From Podarcis tiliguerta (Eukaryota), in assembly GCA_965153285.1 (NCBI GenBank), contig OZ229114.1: 64,000 nucleotides of DNA; one strand, written 5' to 3'. The translations under genes and the position numbers were made by a program. Shown in pieces: positions 14,783 through 26,200 of this stretch. Below the pieces are notes generated by a model. It was not told the DNA's origin, did no database searches, and saw only the letters and a program-made list of their open reading frames with translations. Each line of letters opens with the position of its first letter. The stretch's first letter is position 1.

Positions 14783-15669
14783 TGGTGGCAGAAAACTCAT
14801 TCTGAATCGGACCGAACACGGGTTAGAGCTGAACGTCAAGCCAGCAATTGGTGATAGTGATGGCGAAGAGGACCTTCTTCACCGCCTCTATTGCATCTGC
14901 AGAAAGCAGCAGCAGGAGACTCTTTTAGGTGGCAGTCTAATAATGGAACCACCTCCACCACTTGGGCCTGGTGAGGACCCCAAGATCTCCTGAAATGATT
15001 TTGCAGTTTTTTTCACATAAAGTCACTCAGATTTGGAAAGAAGTAGACTCCACTGTGGTAGCAGGGTCAGGGCAGGAGAGTGCTAGAGTCCTGTCTAGTT
15101 AAGTTGCATGGGATCAGTTCCAATCTGTTATCTCTGAGGATGTGGACAGGCTGCTTGGATGAGTGAAACTGACTACCTGTTTCCTTGATCCTTGCCCATC
15201 CTGGTGATTGGGAGTGGCCACCGGGGCCATATAACACATGTCCTGAAAGAACTACATTGGCTCCCAGTACATTTCCAAGCACAATTCAAAGTTCTGGTGC
15301 TGACCTTTAAAGCCCTAAATGGCCTCGGTCCAGTATACCTGAAGGAGCGTTTCCACCCTCATCTTTCAGCCCGGACACCGAGGTCCAGCTCCAAGGGCCT
15401 TCTGGCAGTTTTCTCACTGCGAGAAGTTAGGTTACAGGGAACCAGGCAGAGGGCCTTCTCGGTGGCACCCACCATGTTGAACGTCCTCCCATCAGATGTC
15501 AAGGAAATAAACCAACTATCTGATGTTTAGAAGACATCTGAAGGCAACCCTGTATTGGGAAATTTTCAGTGTCTAATGTTTCGCAATTTGTATGTGCTGT
15601 AAGCTGCCTTGAGTGACGGGGAAACACAGCCAGATGGGTGGGGTATAATTATTATTATTATTATTATTA
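14783..15669 (+). mobile_element. L2-clade LINE relic lacking the RT domain (internally deleted or chimeric), with (TTA)n tail
   Basis: Pre-RT ORF2 peptides WQKTHSESDRTRVRA...WDQFQSVISEDVDRLLG*VKLTTCFLDPCPSW join at ~15201-15204 directly to C-terminal HITHVLKELHWLPVHFQAQFKVLVLTFKALNGLGPVYLKER, followed by a 3' UTR and tta repeats. Confidence 0.85.
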
Positions 15670-15932
15670 CCGTATTTTTTGCTCTATAAGACTCACTTTT
15701 TCCCTCCTAAAAAGTAAGGGGAAATGTGTGTGCGTCTTATGGAGTGAATGCAGCCTGCGCAGCTATCCCAGAAGCCAGAACAGCAAGAGGGATCACTGCT
15801 TTCACTGCGCAGCGATCCCTCTTGTTGTTCTGGCTTCTAAGATTCAGAATACTGTATTTTTTTCTTGTTTTCCTCCTCCAAAAACTAGGTGCGTCTTATG
15901 GTCTGGTGCGTCTTATAGAGCGAAAAATACGG
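15670..15932 (+). mobile_element. Tc1/mariner-pogo (CCGTA-ended, Tc2-like) MITE, family B copy 1
   Basis: TA|ccgtattttttgctctataagac ... gtcttatagagcgaaaaatacgg|TA; 23-bp TIR and TA TSD. Strand is relative to copy 2. Confidence 0.9.
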
Positions 15933-16761
15933 TATGTTTAGTAATTATTTCCTCAACTACGGTATGTATTTCAGGTAGCATATAATGCATGTGCATCATG
16001 GGTACTGTGACAGTGTCCCATCTGCACAATTTACTCCCCACAGAAAATGTTTTTGAAAACTAATGTTAGCATTTTGGGTGTGTGGCTTGTCTAGGGTGCA
16101 AAATAGCCTGGTACTGGCACTGGTCATAGGTGCATATGCTCTCACCATACAGTCTCTAATGTGCACATCCACTTTCACCACAGCTAGAAGGAATCCTCAA
16201 CAACTGAAGTTTTTAAGCAGGGTTCATAAGATTACAAAAATCATTCAATGGGCAAAATCAATTAAAATCATAATAAAACAGAAAGCTTACTTAAAAATGC
16301 CTGCTGAAATTGAAATCTTTTTGTCAAGCACATGAAGTTCAACAAGGGACTAACTGATAATATAAATGTGCTTGTTTGCTTCCGAATCGTCTTCCATATA
16401 ATTTTTATAGTTTAAAACTGGGAAAATAAGAGAAGATTATATTAGCAGTTATGCAGCCTAGCTCTGGCAATGGCTGCTCTCAGTCTTATGAATCATTACC
16501 AAAGTTAGGTCTGGTCTGGACATATAAGTTAAGATCAGAACAAGCCAAGTGTATGAGAAAAGGATGGCAAGCAAAATGTGTGACAAGGAAAGGATTTAGT
16601 ACCAACTGCTGACTTGAAAGTTTGATGGGAAATATCTTCGAACTAATTTCAGTGTCTTGAATTAACAGCAACCTTAATCATTTCCTTACTGTTGCGGACG
16701 TTTTTTGGAAACTGAACTGCTTGTACAAACAGTAAGGAAATATTGGTGCATCTATGTAGCA

Positions 16762-17085
16762 CAGGGGTCAGCAAACTTTTTCAGCAGTGGGCCGGCCCAT
16801 TGTCCCTCAGACCTTGTGGGGGGGCCGGACTATATTTTGAAAGAAAAAAAACGAATGAATTCCAATGCCCCACAAATAACCCTGAGATGCATTTTAAATA
16901 AAAGCACACATTCTACTCATGTAAAAACACCAGGCAGGCCCCACAAATAACCCAGAGAAACATTTTAAATAAAAGGACACATTCTACTTATGTAAAAACA
17001 TGCCGATTCCCAGACCATCCACGGGCCAGATTTAGAAGGCGATTGGGCCAGATCCAGACCCCGGGCCTTAGTTTGCCTACCCATG
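16762..17085. mobile_element. hAT MITE with perfect 8-bp TSD
   Basis: TSD atgtagca at 16754-16761 and 17086-17093; ends caggggtcagcaaact / agtttgcctacccatg; internal ~70-bp tandem duplication. Confidence 0.9.
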
Positions 17086-17649
17086 ATGTAGCATGATACA
17101 TGAGTAGGATGGCAAAGCAGCTATTACTTATGCACACTTTTCATGTTTATGGTTTTTCAAGTGTGCAACCACTTACCATTATGATAGCTTTATTTATTTT
17201 GGTCTGTGGTTAACTTTTCATTCAAGAACTTTTCATACTGTTTTGCCGGGGTCACCAATATTGTGTTTATGTAAAGTATGCTAATTGTTTGTTGCTGAGA
17301 ACTTCTCGTGAAATTTGTATAAAGAATTCTTATTACATGGCTTTTGTAAATAAAGCATCCATGGGACATCTGTGATTACATAAAACAAAAATAGATGGGG
17401 GACACTGAAAAAAGTATATAATTGTGTAGTTTGTAGACTTAAACTTGAACGCACACCAAAGTGTGGATGCTGCTTGCTGGGGCTGCATTGCTTTTAGTGA
17501 AATGCACACATTGCACATTGAAGTGCATATTCTGTGGAAAATTATTCAGTGCAGGTAGATTGCATGGGCACTTAGACACGCAGCATGCCTTTGATGACCT
17601 GTGCCACAAACTAGATATAATGAGCACTCATATCGGAGTGCTCTGTAGA

Positions 17650-17886
17650 CTGATAACTGTGGTCTTATATATACTAGCCTTTTGCTCTCTTTCACTCTTG
17701 TCTGATGTTTCTAACTCTTCTTTTAGACTTTCTTTGCTTCTTTTGGATTCTTATGGACTTTTATATATATTTTCTGTTTTAACTCATTTTAGTGGTTTTT
17801 TAAAAAATAGATTTTAAATTACTATACCCCTCCCTCCTTATGCTGGTCTGCGACTGTAATAAAGTGTTGATTGGTGATGGATTGAT
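17650..17886 (+). mobile_element. Probable 3' UTR fragment of an unclassified non-LTR retrotransposon
   Basis: T-rich tract ending tatgctggtctgcgactgtaataaagtgttgattggtgatggattgat (AATAAA plus degenerate gatt tail). Confidence 0.35.
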
Positions 17887-17968
17887 AGTTTAAATTCCCT
17901 TTTGAATGTTGGGAAGTTCTTGGAGAAAGTGAACCTGAGAATGCATAGTGTTATGTGCTTACCACCAC

Positions 17969-18275
17969 CAGTGCCGGATTTACATATAAGCTAAACAAGC
18001 TATAGCTTAGGGCCCTACTCTCTTGGGGCCTCCCAAAAAAAATTTAAAGGAGAAAAATCTGGATACTTTTTCTTAATTGTATTTCAGTTCAACAATTACT
18101 TTGATAAAATACATATTTGTTATGTGCAAATGGCTTTAGATACCTGTAAGGTCCATAAATTACCATGTAGCATATATTCAACACAAAAAGCAGTGACAAT
18201 TTGTTGTTGACAAAGGACAGCTGGACCCATTACCTTCAGTAGCTTAGGGCCTCATCAAACCTAAATCTGGCCTTG
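17969..18275. mobile_element. hAT MITE
   Basis: TIR cagtgccggattta / taaatctggccttg; 8-bp TSD accaccac (17961-17968) vs accactac (18276-18283). Confidence 0.85.
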
Positions 18276-18389
18276 ACCACTACCATGAGTGGTGAAAATC
18301 TTGAGCTTGACTTCCTTTTGGAAGAGTGATTGCTGGAGACATATGGTATTTTGAAATATTTGATTTATCTACAAATATACAGTACACAT

Positions 18390-18752
18390 GGGACACGGGT
18401 GGCGCTGTGGGTTAAAGCCTCAGTGCCTAGGGCTTGCCGATCGTCAGGTCGGCGGTTCGAATCCCCGCGGCGGGGTGCGCTCCCGCTGTTCGATCCCAGC
18501 GCCTGCCAACCTAGCAGTTCGAAAGCACTCTCGGGTGCAAGTAGATAAATAGGGACCGCTTACTAGCGGGAAGGTAAACGGCGTTTCCGTGTGCGGCTCT
18601 GGCTCGCCAGAGCAGCGATGTCACGCTGGCCACGTGACCCGGAAGTGTCTTCGGACAGCCCTGGCCCCCGGCCTCTTTGAGTGAGATGGGCGCACAACCC
18701 TAGAGTCTGTCAAGACTGGCCCGTACAGGCAGGGGTACCTTTACCTTTACCT
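18390..18752 (+). mobile_element. Full-length Sauria SINE with 14-bp TSD
   Basis: A-box-like tggcgctgtgg (18400-18410), B-box ggttcgaatcc (18454-18464), (acctTT)n tail; TSD tatacagtacacat at 18376-18389 and 18753-18766. Confidence 0.95.
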
Positions 18753-19482
18753 TATACAGTACACATAGACCATAGAGAGAGGTGGGAAGCTCCCAGTTTT
18801 GGGACCAGATGCAGCCTTACAGGGCTTTCTTGTTTGACTTGCTAACCTCTCCCTAGTTCCCAGTCTTCTCAGGCCCATTTCCCCCGCTGGTGAACTGTTT
18901 CCCGCTGATCAGAGGAATGGGGTGGGGATGCGATGGGGGAGGTCATTGGAAGGGCTGCTCAGCTGCTTAGTGGAATCACCTCAGAAGGAAGGAAACAAGG
19001 AAATGGCAAAGTCTCTCTGCAGAGCTACCAATGGAGTTAGTCTGGTTTTCCTGTCCCTTCTTCCTCACTAAAGCTTTCTGTGGCCCCAGAAATGTAAGAT
19101 GTGGCATAACAATGTAAGATATGGCATAGAGGACTACAGAGGTAAGGGGGAATTGATGAGAATCAGAGGGCTACCTTCCATGAGCTCAAGAGCATTCTAC
19201 TTTCACAAGAGTAGGCTTGGATCCAAACCAATCTTTCCAATGTCCTGTGTTATGTATTTTCTCTCTTCCTCTCTCTCTTTGTAATTTGAAAAATGAAAAA
19301 GAAAAGCATATATTTCAAACCTCCCTATCTTGGATTTTTACATGAACTTAAAGCAGTTTTCATTCCCTCCAGCATTGTTTCCATGTCACTGCACAGATCA
19401 TTAGAACAAGTCAGGTAGAAATATTGACCTTCACGTTCGTTGTCTTGAATTTAAACACATAAATTCTGCAAAATAAAATAAA

Positions 19483-19517
19483 TTCTTCTGTCTTTTTTTC
19501 CTTCTGTTTTCATTTAG
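19483..19517 (+). promoter_or_regulatory. Polypyrimidine tract and 3' splice acceptor of the PID1 exon
   Basis: ttcttctgtctttttttccttctgttttcatttag immediately precedes CAC TTT CAG ACC ATG. Confidence 0.9.
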
Positions 19518-19664
19518 CACTTTCAGACCATGTTGAAGACTAAGCTAAATGTCTTAACCCTTCGGAAGGAACCTCTCCCCACAGTGATCTTCCATGAGCC
19601 AGAAGCCATTGAGCTGTGCACCACAACTCCATTAATGAAAACCCGGTCACATGCTGGATGCAAG
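19518..19664 (+). CDS. PID1: PID1 (NYGGF4) internal coding exon, 147 nt, phase 0/0, N-terminal region preceding the PTB/PID domain
   Basis: Translation HFQTMLKTKLNVLTLRKEPLPTVIFHEPEAIELCTTTPLMKTRSHAGCK matches the recalled vertebrate PID1 segment (human ...HFQTMLKSKLNVLTLKKEPLPAVIFHEPEAIELCTTTPLMKTRTHSGCK|VTYLGK...). A polypyrimidine tract and TAG acceptor end at 19517. The donor AAG|GTATCT at 19665 falls exactly where similarity ends. Confidence 0.95.
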
Positions 19665-19798
19665 GTATCTAATAATTCAAAATCCAGGCAACATGCCTGT
19701 TGTGGAAATATTCTACACCAATAGAGAGACAGTTGAAAAGGGGTGAGAAATTTAAACACTTATAGTATTTAAACAGCAGTATTCAAATATTATTCAAG

Positions 19799-19907
19799 GT
19801 GTTAGATCCAGGCTAAAGTTATGCTTAGAATATGCCCATTGAGTATCCTAAGTCTTGTTGATTTCATTGGGTTTGCTCTAAGCATGTTATGGGTCTTAGT
19901 CCAACCC
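19799..19907. mobile_element. Old palindromic MITE-like hairpin ~135 bp 3' of the PID1 exon
   Basis: atgcttagaatatgcccattga pairs imperfectly with tcattgggtttgctctaagcat; ends gttagatcca / tagtccaaccc. Confidence 0.55.
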
Positions 19908-20380
19908 ATTAAGTTCCACAAAATTAAAAATACTCAGTCCCTGAGTAGATGGGCTGCGGAAGACATCTCTACCTCAATACCAGGAAAGTGGCTGCTAACC
20001 AAGTAGAAAATGCTGGGTTATGTGGACACAGGTGAGAGTGAGGTTTTCATCAGTAGAATGGAGAAGGAAGCAACATGCAATGATTCCCCCTCCCTCTGCA
20101 CCCCCTGTAAATCTGTTCTGGAGGGCCCTTGTACCTTTTGGAACAGATTCAGAGGTTTATATGGGAAATGGTCAAATAATGCTTCTCTCTTAGTTCTGTT
20201 AATGCAAGCCTTATTGTCAGCTGAGTGACATGTTTGGCTACAACCCTTAGCTGTATAAGCCAGTTTCTTGCCCCAATTTTTATCCTTTATCCTAACAAAT
20301 TTCATTTGGTTGGATCCTTACATTTGGGGTCTCACTCATGGAATGGAGGGGAATCTGTAGCTCAGTAGGTGAGACTGTTT

Positions 20381-20543
20381 GTAGCTGTGTGGTAGAGTAC
20401 ATGCTTTGCATGCAAATAATCCCAAATTCAGTTCACAGCATCTCCAGGCAGGGCTGTGAAAAAACCTTCTTTCTGAAACCTTGGTGAACTGTTGGCAGTC
20501 TGACCAATGGTCCGGCTATGTACAAGGCATCTTATATCCTATG
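20381..20543 (+). mobile_element. Squam3-like SINE
   Basis: gtagctgtgtggtagagtacatgctttgcatgc...catctccaggcagggctg...gaccaatggtc...aaggcatct; tRNA-like head plus characteristic body. Confidence 0.7.
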
Positions 20544-23085
20544 AGAGGCAATTTTTACCACTTGCCCCTGCAGCCTCTTCCTCCACAAACATCTGCTCTG
20601 GAGAACTGGGGACCCTCCAGAACAGAATGGGAGGTGGCACAAAAATTGCAGGGTGACGGGAAAGCTCTCTTTTCTTTGTGAAGAAGTGTATTGGATATAA
20701 GCCACTAACTTGAGTCACTGTTTTATTATTGTGTCTTTACTTTCTCTGTCAAAAATAATTTTAAAATCTCACGTATTAATGGGAAAAACAATTTATGTGT
20801 TTATACAGTCAGCTCTGTTTATAATATTTAACTCTCCGGAGACAATGTAACTGTGGGAATAGGATCAAGAATTTGTTGAGACTTGTACCGTCTTAGCAAA
20901 AAAGGGCTCTTACGCATTAGCATGTTTGCAGAGTCAAACATACAGTAAAATGTATTGTATCTTCTGCTATTGAACTTGAATTCCACATTAGCATTCTTCA
21001 TAATCCACACCCACTTCAGCTGACCACACCCACTTCCTGGCATATGGCCCGTAGGAAGTTGTCCAAGACTGAAAGCAGCCCACAGACCCAAAAAGTTAGC
21101 CACTTCTGCCCCTAGGAAGTCTTGGATTATTAACCTTTCCTTCTGGGTCCCTGAATTCTGCAGTTTGTGAACTGCTCATTTCTAAGGAGAGTTATATTTA
21201 TTGTATAGTTGGGTCCTACTGAGCTTTGATGTTCATGGGGTTCTTAGGATTGAGCATTTCCAGAAGAAGACGTCAGAGAAACTGAACATATAAATAGTAA
21301 AAGATAAAACAATAGGTGTTTTCATAGCAAAATATGTTGACCTTGAAATCAGCTACCAAGTTGGGGTTATCTGTTTCCATGGGGGGAGGACTTGAAGGAT
21401 TTCTCAAGCTCAAAACGGTAAACATAACATATTCCCTGGACTGCACCAAGCAATAAAATCACTTTGAGCTATTGTGGTGGCAACACTGGAGACCAAAATG
21501 GCTACTGGATACATCATAAAGAAGGATACATTTATGGATACATAATAAAGAAGGAGGTCCAAAATGGTGCCCATTATGGCAGAATGCTTCTGTGTGTCTG
21601 TCAGAGTAGCTGAGTTTTCTCTGTAGGTACATATGGATTAGCTAGTTGCCCAATGCTTCAGTCCACACTTAGTCACCTTTTGTTGAAAGTCCTTATACTC
21701 TTGTGGTTACCCATCACTATGGGATTGCAGGTGAACTATGGAACTATCACAGCTACAAAGAGATGAGCCCTCCCCAAAACAGTTTGGTTGTTGGTGCTTG
21801 ACATGGGATGGGTTGGCTCTTGTTTCAAAGCAAACTTTAAGCCATATGGTATGGCCACAGAGATCACTCCAGTCTCAAAGAGGGAGCATTTGTGATAGCC
21901 ACCAACAGAAGAGATTTGGGGTGGTTGGGAAGAGAAGCAAACCATCATTTAAGTGAAACAAATCATAGTCTTTGAGCTACGTCCTGGCTTGTTAAAACAG
22001 ATTAAGGCTTAGCATTTTATTCAAAAGCAGTCAAAACCTATGTTGCTCGTGTTTAGATGCATTTTATGTATGGGATGGTTTGCATCATAAGATTAAGAGC
22101 TAACCATGCTATACTCTTTCTGTTTTTGGTACTGAATCTTCTTTTTATCATGTAGCTAAGTCAACAAGCTTGGCCCTTTCCCCTTGTCTGCAGTTGTTTC
22201 CAACTGAAGTTTTAAACTCTGTTTTTTGACACTAGTAGAAGAACAGCACAGGTTGCTATGAAGACAAAAATGGCAAAACCTGAACAGTGAAACAGAACAT
22301 ACCAATTCTTCATGCCCCTATAAATAACAAATCTCCATGCACAATATTCTGATTGGGAAAATGGCCAAGGAGAGAACAGGTGTTTTGGTGTGCCTATTTG
22401 GCTTTGACCAGCATCCTAATTATTTATTGATTTCCAAAGTGTCAAAATATATTGTGTGAAAATTGCTGGCACAGTTTGTTAATTTTCATTAGAAAACACT
22501 TTCCTTCTACTTCAGAGGCGCACAATTATATTTAAATTTGACGTTTGAATTTCTTGATATTAAAGGTAGCATGCTCCACTTATAGTGTTCATGCTAGTTT
22601 CTAGCAGTTTCTTTACATTAGACAAGAACTAGCACATATTTACTATAAATAGCAGTGAATAAATTATGGTTTGACTCTGAGCTGCCACCTCAAAAGTGCA
22701 GCTTACAGGTTAGAGAGTGGTTCTGCATTGTGTCCCCTTGCACCAGGTCTGGCATTCACAAAGCTGTTGGCATTTTCCATTAGCACTTCTATACTGGTCT
22801 CTTTCCACAATACTCCAAACTGTTTGGAATGTTTCCAAATAGTTAATCCACTTGGGAGACTTCTAGAATTACCAGCAACAGACATTGTCAGGATATGCTA
22901 GCCCTATGCTACTCTGAAAGCTCAGGTGATGTAGTGTAAATAGTGTTGACATTCTGTAGAGCAGGGAAAGTCAATGTGTTACCCTTCATTTTCCTTGATC
23001 ATTCATCATGCTGGCTGGGCCTGATGGGATCTAGAATCTAGAAAACATATTGACGGCACTACATTTAATTTCCTTTGCTTCAGAG

Positions 23086-23222
23086 CAGCCTTCTTCAAGC
23101 TTGAATTCCCAGATGTTGTTGCGTTACTACTCCTATCATCCTCAGTCAGCTTAGCCAGTGGTTGGGGATTATGGGAGTTGTTGTCCAACAATATCTGGAA
23201 ACCCACGGTTAAAGACACTACT
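23086..23222. mobile_element. Short palindromic hAT-type MITE
   Basis: ccagatgttgttg...ctcctatcatcc / ggattatgggag...caacaatatctgg inverted arms. Confidence 0.65.
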
Positions 23223-26200
23223 ATAGTGAATGTTTGTCTTGAAATTGCTGATCTGCCACTAAGAGTTCATTGGGCAGGCTTATACAGGTTATAGTCTTTC
23301 AAGCTAACCTACTTCAACAGTGGTTGAGAGGGTGAAAACAGCCCCAAGTATGCTGCCATAAGCTCCTTAGTGAAGGGTGCATTGCAAATAAGACAAGTAA
23401 GTACTTTGCCATTTCTCCACAGTTCAAACAGACATCAAGATATCTTGCTTTCTCCCCCTTCCCTCTCTGAAGTCAGGAACTTGTAGGAATGATTCTTGTG
23501 AATTGTTATTTTCAAACCACTCATTACTCAAATGCAAAATGACAGAGGTTAAAAAGGTTGCCTGTAACTTGTGGGGTTGTGTCGCAAGTTTAATACTTTT
23601 CTTAAATTCTTCAACGTGAAACCACTTCAGTACAGTCAGTGATCAGAGTCAGTTCTTATTTCAGTCAGATGTTTAGTCGTCCTTTTTGAAAAACAAGTGT
23701 TGTTTGTCTTGTTTCCACCACACTGCCTGACATCTTCATTTAACTTGGACTGACCCTTCTGTCTTAAGCTTATGATGAATGGTGCTTGCATGGTTCAGGT
23801 GACAATCACTCTAGCATATAGTTTTGCAAAATGGCATTTGCAATTGTATGGTGGTGCGTCTTCTTAAATTGGAAGATTGCAAACTTCAAGTTTTTATTTC
23901 CTCTCTGCTCGACATGTCATATTGACTAATTTGGGGAAGCAGCTTATTTTACCATTATTACAATTGAAGTTTTGGATGTGGAATATTATTTCTGTAGCAG
24001 GAATTATAATGTTACCCTTGGAGGGGAGAAAAGACACCCAACCATTATTTTAATTGCTAGGTCACCACCAGCAGCAAAAAAGCATGAGTTAATTAAAAAT
24101 TGGACATATTCTGTGCCTACAGAAGAAGTTAAATCTGAACCCGGAGTGTACCTTTAGCTGTACTTACATATCTACATTGCTTAGGATTTACATTAAGTGT
24201 GTCATAGCTTTTAAGAAAATCAAGCCCACATTATAAATAAAATCAATTAATCACTGCACATGGAACACTCCACTTTATATGGAGCTTGACTTCCTAGAAT
24301 CAAGTACAGTCTTGTTGTGAACTATATCCACATTCACTTGGACCAGGCAGTTGCATTAATACATTACTGTGCTTGCGTGTTTACTCAACATCTCAAGTTC
24401 TTACCATCTCAAGACTTCTCCTTTAATTACACATCCTCACATGGTAAAACTGCCAATGCAATCATTTGACATTCATAGCTGACCTTGTCTGTTTCAGCCA
24501 CAGTTGGTTAGCTGATGCATGCATTGCTAAAGCCACTTCCTTTTGTGACTATTGTGTGGTAGCAACCCATTCTCGCCAGTACAACTGCATTTCACAAAAT
24601 ATGGAAAGCAGTTAGCAAATTCTTTCAAGGTTCTTTGCCAGGTTGGTAAGTGGTATGGCGGTAAGCTGACCACAACCACTTCCCTTTTCAAAAAGGGTAA
24701 ATGCAGATTCCTAAACAAAAAAGGCCCAATTCTCAAATGGAGTGGTTTAAAGGAAGATGATGCAGCAATTTTGCTAAACGTAATCAGGTCTAAACTGGTT
24801 CAGTGCCTGGATGTGAGAATTATATCCATGCAACCTTGACTTCTTTCAAAGAAAGGCAGTGTATGAATGAAATAAATGTTGGTAATGAATCTATAATTTC
24901 CTCTTGCCATCTCATTTCTCTTGATTAAATGTTGCTGAATTCATTTCACCAATTGACACAGTTCCTTATTCCCAAATTGCATTGCTTGGCTTCCTCTTTC
25001 GATGTTTGTGTGTGCTAAAAGAGAAATTTGCAGAGCCCTTGAAATCCCCAAACTGTTTTTGTAGTCCAATATATGAAGGGCACCAGGTCAGCTACCCTGG
25101 GACTACATCAGCAGTCCTCAACACAATGATATTTGGTCACCTGAAGAATAACAAAAGGAATGAAAAAGGCAAATGAAAGGTTAGAGGCAGAAACTCCCTG
25201 GATCCAGCTAAGTGGAGAAATTAGGTCAGTTAGCTGCCTGAAGTAGAGGACAATTAGGTTTGGCTGTGGAACACCCAGTGATGTGTACCATGATGGCATG
25301 AGTATAGGGGTGAAGACTGTTATGTATCCCACCTACACTTCAAATGATGTGCACTGTAATCATATGTCAAGCTGGTATCAATGGTGTTGAGAAATGTGAA
25401 GACATTTTCAGTCACATCAGGGAGACAGGAGACCGGTATATCTGTGTCTACATAGCTTTAGAAAAGCTAATAGTCTCCAAAAATTGGAATGAACAATACA
25501 TATGTGATTGTCCTGAAATGAAAATGAATCTTTGAATGCAGAGCAGCTGCCAAGTCAACAAGCATCCATGTCTCACTCAACAGAATAGCTAGTTTATCAT
25601 CTCCAAATCTTGGAGAGAGCTGTGTCATATGCTGATTTACTTATTTCATGCTTAGGATGATCCGTGAAACCCAAAGAAGCTTGTTCTGTGAATGGATGCA
25701 AAAATAGATAAATGCAATAAGAATGAAAAGAGGAGAACATTATTGGATTAGGACATCACGATAAGATAATTAGTCTTCAGGGAAGAAATCTCAGCTTTTC
25801 AGTACTGAACTGTTGGAAAAGTTTAACTGAGCCAGCTGAATTCATAGTAAGGAGACCACAGTGTGCGTATCAGGCTGCATATACACCATACGTCAATATG
25901 TACCATTATATGCATCTTTACAGCAGGTTAGCCCTTGAGTCTGCAGTTGCTGATAATTCAGTGCTGTTGTTCTCCTTGTGCAACAGACTGTCATTCCGAC
26001 AGCTACAGAAGGAAAACCAAATCTATAACTTTTGAACTAAATATATATTGGTAACATGTTTTTGATCACTGTAAATGCAAATGGCTAGATGGTTTGAATA
26101 CAAGAGCATTTTACTTCATGGGAGCAGCAGTTGAAGTTAGGAAGAAAGGAACTTCCAAAGTTCCTTTGCAAATGTGAAATAGTGAGTGGCCCAAGGGTAT

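Larger units (their letters stand above)
1..19517 (+). other. PID1: PID1 intron upstream of the 147-nt exon (5' end outside window)
   Basis: No upstream coding exon (MWQPATERLQ-like) recognised; repeat-rich non-coding DNA. Undetected non-coding or alternative exons are not excluded. Confidence 0.7.

Noticed and set aside
15638-15985. Near-identical peptides at 15638-15985 (+) and 32002-32238 (-), suggesting a duplicated gene
   Set aside because: Both are translations of the same non-coding MITE family.
18390-18470. tRNA gene (A/B boxes); also at 20381 and 49441
   Set aside because: These are tRNA-derived SINE heads continuing into SINE bodies; no complete cloverleaf seen.
19530-19724. 64-aa ORF as a standalone small gene
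   Set aside because: PID1 similarity stops at the GT donor (19665) and extends upstream of the ATG to the acceptor, so it is an internal exon.
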